Positions 33,215 to 40,000 of a stretch of 40,000 nucleotides of DNA are shown one piece after another. This DNA is from Citrobacter arsenatis (lineage in GTDB: Bacteria; Pseudomonadota; Gammaproteobacteria; Enterobacterales; Enterobacteriaceae). A program made the translations under genes and the position numbers. Every line of letters begins with the position of its first letter. Positions within the stretch are counted from its first letter, which is position 1. Where the stretch lies: contig NZ_CP037864.1 of assembly GCF_004353845.1 (NCBI RefSeq), positions 2,987,625-3,027,624 of the forward strand, in the 5' to 3' direction. Below the pieces are notes generated by a model. It did no database searches. It was given only the letters and a program-made list of their open reading frames with translations, and was not told where the DNA came from.

Positions 33215-33231
33215 GAAACAGCGGACGAGCC
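33215..33231 (-). promoter_or_regulatory. Candidate FadR operator 2 of fadD
   Basis: In the minus sense, GGCTCGTCCGCTGTTTC compares with the recalled E. coli GGCTGGTCCGCTGTTTC. It lies 86 bp from site 1, the same spacing as in E. coli. Confidence 0.5.
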
Positions 33232-33260
33232 GCTGTTTCTTTTACTAATAAAACAAAGAG

Positions 33261-33845
33261 TTACTCAGTTACTATGGTCTGAACCTGTGCCGGACCGGGA
33301 TTGTACCATCCCCATCCGCCATAGCCACCGTAAGGCCAGCCGCGCGCACCGTAAAACCAGGGGTCGATAGGCTGAGGTGGCATAACAATTTGCTGAGTAA
33401 TATGCCAGCGTTTATAGCCGGTTACCTGCATCAGCATGAATTTATACGGCGTATTACCGATTTTTCCGTCCACCGTACCGGTAATCGGACCGACGACGGT
33501 AACCAGTTGTCCACGAAAGTCCACCGGGTCGAGGAAGCCATTTACATCAGCATATATCCGCCCACGGGAGGCTTCGCCCAGCACGGGTCGTGCTCCACTA
33601 TCAAGCGGTACGGTGGCAATTTCCAGACGGGATTTTCCCTGCTGGTTCTGAATATCCACCACTTTGCCGCCGAAACGTGCTTCCTGACCAACATACAACT
33701 GCGGCGCATTCATCACCCGCACCAGATCCTGCTGCGGCGTAGGGCTAGAACCTTTAATCGCGTCCGGGATAGTGACGCAGCCGCTAAGCATCAACGCGAA
33801 TGCGCCCGCCATCACACCTTTCAATAACTGCTTTTGCACCGCCAT
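33261..33845 (-). CDS. yeaY: Slp-family outer-membrane lipoprotein YeaY
   Basis: I place the start at the ATG at 33845 ([23 protein letters not shown], with lipobox). Confidence 0.88.
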   Translation of the reverse strand: MAVQKQLLKGVMAGAFALMLSGCVTIPDAIKGSSPTPQQDLVRVMNAPQLYVGQEARFGGKVVDIQNQQGKSRLEIATVPLDSGARPVLGEASRGRIYADVNGFLDPVDFRGQLVTVVGPITGTVDGKIGNTPYKFMLMQVTGYKRWHITQQIVMPPQPIDPWFYGARGWPYGGYGGWGWYNPGPAQVQTIVTE

Positions 33846-33939
33846 ATTGCGACTCCCTTTTCTTAGCTTTTGCCCCGGCCTGTTCACAGTGCTGTGCACC
33901 GACGTCTGTGTAAATTAACCGGGGATGTACTACTAAGAT

Positions 33940-34635
33940 TCATTCTTTACCGGGAAGTTTCTTCCACGCTACGGTGTTACGTAAATAAACCGGTTCAGCA
34001 TGTTCAACCGCCACGGTCTTACCGGCAGCCAGCATTTGCGTGGCGACAGGCAACATGTCTTCAGCCGCCGGAAGCAACACGTCGCCATCGCTGAGGGTCA
34101 AACCGCTGTCTTTACCAAGCTCAGGCCAGGCAGGCCAGCCCGTCCCGACCGTTACCCACTCGCCAGACAGTTGCAGTAAACGCTCATGCACCTGCTCAGG
34201 GGTTAACACCGCTTCGGTTTCTTCGCCACGCCAGTTGCCGCTTTCATCACGCTGGTATTCGGCCCAGTAGACTTCGCCCATTCGTGCATCAATTGCCGCC
34301 AGTACGCGGGTCGCGCCTGACTTGCGCCAGGCTCCCTGCGCCATTGTTGCGAGGGTGGAAACGCCGATCATGGGTAAATTCGCGCCTAACGCCAGCCCCT
34401 GAGCAATGCCAATCCCAATACGTACGCCGGTGAAACTGCCGGGACCGCGACCAAACGCCAGGGCGTCGATATCGGTTAACGTGAGATCGCCAGCGGCAAG
34501 GATTTCCTCGACCATCGGTAAAATTCGTTGGGTATGTTCTCGTGGGCAAAGCTCGAAATGAGCCTTGATAGTACCGTCATTCCACAGGGCAACAGAGCAC
34601 GCCTCTGTGGCGGTATCGATAGCCAGAATTCGCAT
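33940..34635 (-). CDS. tsaB: tRNA t6A37 modification protein TsaB (YeaZ)
   Basis: 231 aa with [17 protein letters not shown]. Confidence 0.93.
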   Translation of the reverse strand: MRILAIDTATEACSVALWNDGTIKAHFELCPREHTQRILPMVEEILAAGDLTLTDIDALAFGRGPGSFTGVRIGIGIAQGLALGANLPMIGVSTLATMAQGAWRKSGATRVLAAIDARMGEVYWAEYQRDESGNWRGEETEAVLTPEQVHERLLQLSGEWVTVGTGWPAWPELGKDSGLTLSDGDVLLPAAEDMLPVATQMLAAGKTVAVEHAEPVYLRNTVAWKKLPGKE

Positions 34636-34694
34636 GGGTATTTGTGATCAGATCAAATAAATTTGGCGCGCATCTTACCACACTCCGTAACAAA

Positions 34695-36605
34695 TTACTC
34701 AGTCGTTGGTATGGCAAGAAAGCGAACAGCGCGAGCAATGTCACGCGTGCGCGGCGCAGGCGGAAGGCTCGCCAGGAAGGTGGCGCCGTAAGGTCGCATC
34801 ACCAGACGATTGTCGCAAATCACCAGCACCCCGCGGTCATCGGCATCACGAATCAAGCGGCCCACCCCCTGTTTCAGGGTGATGACCGCATCCGGCAACT
34901 GGACGTCTTCAAACGGATCGCCGCCGCGCAAACGACAGTCCTCCATTCGGGCTTTTAACAGCGGGTCGTCCGGCGACGTAAACGGCAGTTTATCGATTAT
35001 CACCAGCGACAGCGTATCGCCGCGCACGTCCACGCCTTCCCAGAAGCTGCTGGTGGCAACCAGTAGCGCATTACCTGCGCTGACAAACTGCTGTAGCAGT
35101 TGTCCTTTGCTGGTTTCGCCCTGCAGCAGGACAGGAAGCGTCATGGTGGCGCGGAATTGTTCCGCCAGATCGCGCATCATCGCGTGTGAGGTACACAGCA
35201 TAAAGCAGCGTCCATTATTCGCTTCGATAATGGGACGCAGCATGGAGGCCAACTGACGCGCAGCCCCCGGCTGATTGGTTTGCGGGAGATTACGCGGCAC
35301 GCACAGTAGCGCCTGGCGGGTGTAATCAAAGGGACTGGGCAGCAGCATCGACTCGGCATCTTCAATTCCCAGCCGCGCGGTGAAATGATGAAGATCATCG
35401 TTTACCGACAGCGTCGCGGAGGTAAAAATCCAGCAGCCCGGCTTTTGTTCCATCACCTCTTTGAATTTGTCCGCCACCGTGAGCGGCGTAAGCGCGAGGG
35501 TGAAATGGCGGGAGGTGCATTCATACCAGTAGCTGAAACCAGGCTGGTTTATCTCTTTCAGACGCTTCAGACGAGCGCGGTAAAGCGTGGCGCGTTCAAA
35601 CGCGGCATCCAGTAAAGCCGAACGTCCGAGGGATAGTTTCGCCACGTCGTAACACAGCTCCAGCGTGTCATCGAGCAACAAAAATGCGCGCTGCACGCGC
35701 TGGTCGGCCAGCAGTTCGCGCAGATTTCCGCGATAGCCCGGCTCACCTAGCTGTAAACGGAAGTCCTGAGCGCTTTGCGCCAACCGGTCAGCGCATTTTT
35801 GCAGCTGCTGAGTGTCTTTCAGCTCAGTGCGATAGGCAATGGTGATGTCTTTGGCCAAATCCAGCAGTTGGCGGCTGGAGAGCGATTGACCAAAGTACTG
35901 GCTGGCGATATCCGGTAACTGGTGCGCTTCATCGAAGATCATCACCTCCGCTTCCGGGATCAGCTCGCCAAACCCACTCTCCTTCACCACCATATCAGCG
36001 AGAAACAGATGGTGGTTTACCACGACTACATCCGCATCCATCGCTTTTTTGCGCGCTTTAACGACAAAGCACTCTTTGTACAGCGGGCAGTCGCTGCCGA
36101 GACAATTATCGTTAGTGCTGGTCACCAGCGGCCAGGCCTGAGAATCTTCCGCCACGCTGACGCAGGTGCTGATGTCGCCATCAAGGGTTTGATTTGACCA
36201 CGAGCGTAACAGAATGACGTCGCTTAAGGTTTGTACCGGCAGGTCACCCCCGGCCAGCGCCTGTTGTTCAAGGCGCTCAAGGCACAGATAGTTTGAACGT
36301 CCTTTCAGCAGCGCCAGTTTACCAGTGAATTCCAGCGCTTTCGCAACGGTCGGAAGATCGCGGCTATAAAGCTGATCCTGCAACGCCTTCGAGCCCGTGG
36401 AGACAATAACCTTCTTTCCGGCGCGCAGCGCGGGGGCAAGATAAGCGTAGGTTTTACCCGTTCCGGTTCCGGCTTCAACCACCAGCGGTTGCGATTTTTC
36501 AATAGCATGGCTGACCGCGAAGGCCATCTGCCGCTGTGGTTCACGCGGTTTAAAACCGGGTATCGCTTTAGCCAACTGACCGTCTGCTGCAAAATCGTCC
36601 GTCAC
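34695..36605 (-). CDS. yoaA: DinG-family ATP-dependent helicase YoaA
   Basis: 636 aa with a GTG start at 36605, Walker A AGTGTGKT, a DEAH box, and Fe-S Cys residues. Confidence 0.92.
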   Translation of the reverse strand: MTDDFAADGQLAKAIPGFKPREPQRQMAFAVSHAIEKSQPLVVEAGTGTGKTYAYLAPALRAGKKVIVSTGSKALQDQLYSRDLPTVAKALEFTGKLALLKGRSNYLCLERLEQQALAGGDLPVQTLSDVILLRSWSNQTLDGDISTCVSVAEDSQAWPLVTSTNDNCLGSDCPLYKECFVVKARKKAMDADVVVVNHHLFLADMVVKESGFGELIPEAEVMIFDEAHQLPDIASQYFGQSLSSRQLLDLAKDITIAYRTELKDTQQLQKCADRLAQSAQDFRLQLGEPGYRGNLRELLADQRVQRAFLLLDDTLELCYDVAKLSLGRSALLDAAFERATLYRARLKRLKEINQPGFSYWYECTSRHFTLALTPLTVADKFKEVMEQKPGCWIFTSATLSVNDDLHHFTARLGIEDAESMLLPSPFDYTRQALLCVPRNLPQTNQPGAARQLASMLRPIIEANNGRCFMLCTSHAMMRDLAEQFRATMTLPVLLQGETSKGQLLQQFVSAGNALLVATSSFWEGVDVRGDTLSLVIIDKLPFTSPDDPLLKARMEDCRLRGGDPFEDVQLPDAVITLKQGVGRLIRDADDRGVLVICDNRLVMRPYGATFLASLPPAPRTRDIARAVRFLAIPTTE

Positions 36606-36613
36606 ACTGCCCC

Positions 36614-36629
36614 CTGTTCATTTGAACAG
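36614..36629. promoter_or_regulatory. LexA (SOS) box upstream of yoaA
   Basis: CTGTTCATTTGAACAG fits CTGT-N8-ACAG exactly and lies 9-24 nt upstream of the yoaA start. Confidence 0.65.
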
Positions 36630-36746
36630 GGATTATGTCAGGCCAGCGTGTCTTTCGCCAGTTGAAGAGGTGACGTGGACACAACATTATGGCAGTCTTG
36701 GCGCAAGCCAAAGCCATTATGAAAAAACGTAAATGAGGAATGATTT

Positions 36747-37091
36747 ATGACGATTGTGCGCATTGATGCCGAAGCGCGTTGGTCCGACGTAGTTATCCAC
36801 AACAACACGCTGTATTACACCGGCGTGCCGGAAAATCTGGATGCCGACGCTTTTGAGCAAACGGCAAATACGCTGGCGCAAATTGATGCGGTACTGGAAA
36901 AACAGGGCAGCAACAAGTCACGTATTCTTGATGCCACCCTGTTCCTGGCGGACAAAAACGATTTTGCTGCCATGAACAAAGCCTGGGACGCGTGGGTTGT
37001 TGCAGGCCACGCGCCGGTACGTTGTACTGTTCAGGCTGGGTTGATGAACCCGAAGTACAAAGTTGAGATTAAAATTATCGCTGCGGTTTAA
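36747..37091 (+). CDS. yoaB: RidA/YjgF-family protein YoaB
   Basis: 114 aa RutC/RidA-family sequence. Confidence 0.9.
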   Translation: MTIVRIDAEARWSDVVIHNNTLYYTGVPENLDADAFEQTANTLAQIDAVLEKQGSNKSRILDATLFLADKNDFAAMNKAWDAWVVAGHAPVRCTVQAGLMNPKYKVEIKIIAAV

Positions 37092-37097
37092 GCGGCG

Positions 37098-37277
37098 TTA
37101 CTCGTCTTCATCTTCAAAACGCGCCACGATCCGCTCGCCGGTATGGCTGGCGCGTAACTCTTCAGCAACCAAAGCAATGGCTTGTCCGCTGCTCATCCCT
37201 TGCGACATCAGTTCCTGAATACGCTCTACCGCTTTTTGCTGCTGCTCATGACTGAGTGAAGGTAAACCTGCAAACAT
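37098..37277 (-). CDS. yoaH: UPF0181 protein YoaH (59 aa), absent from the ORF track
   Basis: The minus strand translates to [59 protein letters not shown]. Confidence 0.85.
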
Positions 37278-37360
37278 TGTTAACTCCTGCTAAATTGTCT
37301 GCGCTAATTATTTCATGCTACCGGGCAGTTAGCCAGTAGAGTAGCAACGAGTCAGGACTG

Positions 37361-38722
37361 ATGAAGACGTTATCTCCCGCAGTAATCACATTACCCTGGC
37401 GTCAGGACGCCGCTGAACGCTATTTTTCGACCCTAAGCCATCTGCCCTGGGCGATGCTGTTGCATTCTGGTCACGCCGACCATCCGCATAACCGCTTTGA
37501 TATTCTGGTGGCGGATCCCGTTGCCACATTAGTTACGTGCGGCGAAGAAACCGTTGTGCATGACGAACACGCCACCGTGCGCACGCTTGATGACCCAATG
37601 ACGGTATTGCACTCCGTTCTCAGCGCACGCAATATTCACCCAGATTATCACCCGGACCTGCCATTTCAGGGCGGCGCGTTAGGTCTGTTGGGTTACGATC
37701 TTGGCCGACGCTTTGAATCCCTGCCCGCTATTGCCGAGCGCGACATTGCACTTGCGGATATGGCGATAGGCATTTACGACTGGGCGCTGATTGTCGATCA
37801 CCAGTTACAGACCGTATCCCTGCTCAGCCATACCGATGTCGAGGCACGACTGCAATGGCTCGACGCACAACAACCGCCAACGCATGAGCCGTTTACGTTA
37901 ACCTCGGCGTGGCAGTCCAATATGAGCCGCGCCGAGTACGGCGAGAAGTTCCGCCGGGTCCAGAGTTATCTGCACAGCGGCGACTGTTATCAGGTCAATC
38001 TTGCCCAACGTTTTCAGGCGCATTATCAGGGCGATGAGTGGCAAGCATTTGTCAGACTCAATCGCGCCAACCGCGCCCCGTTCAGCGCGTTTATTCGTCT
38101 TGAGGAAGGCGCAATCCTCAGCCTTTCGCCAGAACGTTTTATTCTGCTGGAAAACCAGCACATCCAGACGCGTCCGATTAAAGGCACATTGCCAAGGCTT
38201 GAAGATGCCGTTGCCGATCGTGAGCAGGCTCAGAGACTGGCGCATTCAGCGAAGGATCGTGCGGAAAATCTGATGATCGTCGATTTGATGCGTAATGATA
38301 TTGGCCGCGTTGCCGTACCGGGTTCGGTACAGGTTCCGGAGCTGTTTGTCGTCGAACCGTTCCCTGCCGTTCATCATTTAGTCAGCACCATTACCGCTCG
38401 TCTGCCAGAGTCGTTGCACGCCACCGATCTGCTGCGCGCCGCCTTCCCCGGCGGCTCTATTACCGGCGCACCGAAAGTGCGGGCGATGGAAATTATTGAC
38501 GAACTGGAGCCGCACAGACGTAATGCCTGGTGCGGTAGCATTGGCTATCTGAGTTTTTGCGGCAATATGGATACCAGTATCACCATTCGCACGCTGACGG
38601 CCACAAACGGGCAGATTTATTGCTCCGCAGGCGGTGGAATTGTGGCGGACAGTCAGGAAGACGCTGAATACCAGGAAACGTTTGATAAAGTGAATCGTAT
38701 TTTGCACCAACTGGAGAATTGA
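37361..38722 (+). CDS. pabB: Aminodeoxychorismate synthase component 1
   Basis: 453 aa chorismate-binding enzyme (PIKGT...GGSITGAPK). Confidence 0.93.
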   Translation: MKTLSPAVITLPWRQDAAERYFSTLSHLPWAMLLHSGHADHPHNRFDILVADPVATLVTCGEETVVHDEHATVRTLDDPMTVLHSVLSARNIHPDYHPDLPFQGGALGLLGYDLGRRFESLPAIAERDIALADMAIGIYDWALIVDHQLQTVSLLSHTDVEARLQWLDAQQPPTHEPFTLTSAWQSNMSRAEYGEKFRRVQSYLHSGDCYQVNLAQRFQAHYQGDEWQAFVRLNRANRAPFSAFIRLEEGAILSLSPERFILLENQHIQTRPIKGTLPRLEDAVADREQAQRLAHSAKDRAENLMIVDLMRNDIGRVAVPGSVQVPELFVVEPFPAVHHLVSTITARLPESLHATDLLRAAFPGGSITGAPKVRAMEIIDELEPHRRNAWCGSIGYLSFCGNMDTSITIRTLTATNGQIYCSAGGGIVADSQEDAEYQETFDKVNRILHQLEN

Positions 38723-38725
38723 CAC

Positions 38726-39304
38726 GTGGAATACAGTAGCCTGACGCTTGATGATTTTTTATCGCGCTTCCAACTCCTGCGTCCGCAGGTCAATCATGCC
38801 GCGTTAAATCAGCGTCAGGCCGCCGTACTGATCCCCGTCGTACGCCGTGCGCAGCCGGGGTTGCTGTTAACTCAGCGATCCGTTCATCTGCGTAAACACG
38901 CCGGACAGGTCGCCTTTCCCGGCGGCGCGGTGGATAGCAGCGATGCCTCGTTAATTGCCGCCGCCCTTCGCGAAGCAGAGGAAGAAGTGGCAATTCCTCC
39001 TTCATGCGTTGAGGTGATCGGTGTTCTGCCGCCGGTCGACAGCGTTACCGGATTCCAGGTCACCCCGGTGGTAGGTATTATCCCGCCAAATTTGCCGTAT
39101 CGCGCAAGTGAAGACGAAGTCTCCGCCGTGTTCGAAATGCCGCTGGCGCAGGCCCTGCATTTAGGTCGTTATCACCCTCTGGATATCTACCGCCGCGGCG
39201 ATTCACATCGTGTATGGCTTTCCTGGTATGAGCAATATTTCGTCTGGGGAATGACCGCCGGAATAATTCGTGAGCTGGCGCTGCAAATTGGCGTCAAGCC
39301 CTGA
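38726..39304 (+). CDS. nudL: Nudix CoA pyrophosphatase NudL (YeaB)
   Basis: GTG start at 38726. Nudix box [25 protein letters not shown]. Confidence 0.9.
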   Translation: MEYSSLTLDDFLSRFQLLRPQVNHAALNQRQAAVLIPVVRRAQPGLLLTQRSVHLRKHAGQVAFPGGAVDSSDASLIAAALREAEEEVAIPPSCVEVIGVLPPVDSVTGFQVTPVVGIIPPNLPYRASEDEVSAVFEMPLAQALHLGRYHPLDIYRRGDSHRVWLSWYEQYFVWGMTAGIIRELALQIGVKP

Positions 39305-39487
39305 CTATACTTATCTTTACGCACACCATAGACAACTTGAAACTCAGGTCACAACATTAGTAAAACCGCGGTTATCTATTAGTTTAATTCATGTGAATAG
39401 TTAAGCCGATCGCCGCGTTCCCTCTTACACTATGCGCAGTTATAACATCGTTACTGGAAACCCCAGTCGCCCTGTAGGAGTATTATC

Positions 39488-40000
39488 GTGATTAGTCTAT
39501 TCGACATGTTTAAGGTGGGGATTGGTCCCTCATCTTCCCATACCGTAGGGCCTATGAAGGCGGGTAAACAGTTCGTCGATGACCTGGTCGAAAAAGGATT
39601 ACTGGACAGCGTTACTCGTGTCGCCGTCGACGTGTATGGTTCACTGTCGCTCACGGGTAAAGGTCACCACACCGATATCGCCATTATTATGGGTCTGGCG
39701 GGCAATGAGCCTGCTACCGTGGATATTGACAGCATCCCCGGATTTATCCGCGACGTAGAAACGCGCGGCCGCCTGCTGCTTGCGCAGGGGCAACACGAAG
39801 TTGATTTCCCGCAGAATGACGGGATGCGTTTTCACAACGGCAACCTGCCGCTGCATGAAAACGGGATGCAGATCCATGCGTACAATGGCGAAACCGTCAT
39901 TTACAGCAAAACTTACTACTCCATCGGCGGTGGCTTTATCGTTGATGAAGAACATTTTGGTCAGGATGCAGCAGGCGAGGTCAGCGTACCTTATCCGTTC
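39488..40000 (+). CDS. sdaA: L-serine dehydratase 1 (5' part, runs off the window)
   Basis: GTG start at 39488. VISLFDMFKVGIGPSSSHTVGPMKAGKQFVDDL is in frame to position 40000. It is missing from the ORF track because no stop falls in the window. Confidence 0.9.
   Translation, partial: MISLFDMFKVGIGPSSSHTVGPMKAGKQFVDDLVEKGLLDSVTRVAVDVYGSLSLTGKGHHTDIAIIMGLAGNEPATVDIDSIPGFIRDVETRGRLLLAQGQHEVDFPQNDGMRFHNGNLPLHENGMQIHAYNGETVIYSKTYYSIGGGFIVDEEHFGQDAAGEVSVPYPF

Noticed and set aside
33211-33245. Hairpin GAAACAGCGG-acga-GCCGCTGTTTC with a T-run as the yeaY terminator
   Set aside because: The U-tract is on the plus strand, but yeaY is on the minus strand and no plus-strand gene precedes the hairpin. 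It is better explained as the FadR operator 2 region.
1-40000. CRISPR arrays, rRNA or tRNA genes, IS elements and transposases
   Set aside because: I saw no regularly spaced repeat arrays, no rRNA or tRNA signatures, and no transposase-like ORF on either strand.

Overview
The window has two parts. Positions 1 to about 20,360 are one arm of an integrated lambdoid prophage whose late and PR operons read on the minus strand. Its gene order is Rz/Rz1 spanins, SAR endolysin, pinholin, late leader, Q, nin-type accessory genes, DnaB-type helicase, O-type initiator with an internal iteron origin, cII and cro. On the plus strand follow cI, a PL operon (sieB, a Kil-like ORF, an Erf/SSB recombination module, three DNA-methyltransferase domains), then xis and int. 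The int stop lies 26 bp from the stop of host ycgN. Positions 20,370-40,000 are ordinary enterobacterial core chromosome: ycgN-ycgM-ycgL, minCDE, dmlR-dmlA, yeaVWX, rnd, fadD, yeaY, tsaB, yoaA, yoaB, yoaH, pabB, nudL and the 5' part of sdaA. The proteins are close to E. coli K-12 as I recall them, but the gene order is Salmonella/Citrobacter-like. I found no CRISPR array, rRNA, tRNA or IS element. The main leads are: (1) paired HK022 put-like RNA elements after PL and PR, with no N gene or nut site; (2) a fused C5-cytosine/N6-adenine methyltransferase plus a third methyltransferase in its own cassette; (3) an AT-rich sieB/ORF110 islet bracketed by terminators; (4) a 290-bp noncoding gap in the nin region with an extended -10 promoter and competing hairpins; (5) a late leader with pseudoknot potential. 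All family assignments come from reading translations and from memory; no searches were run.
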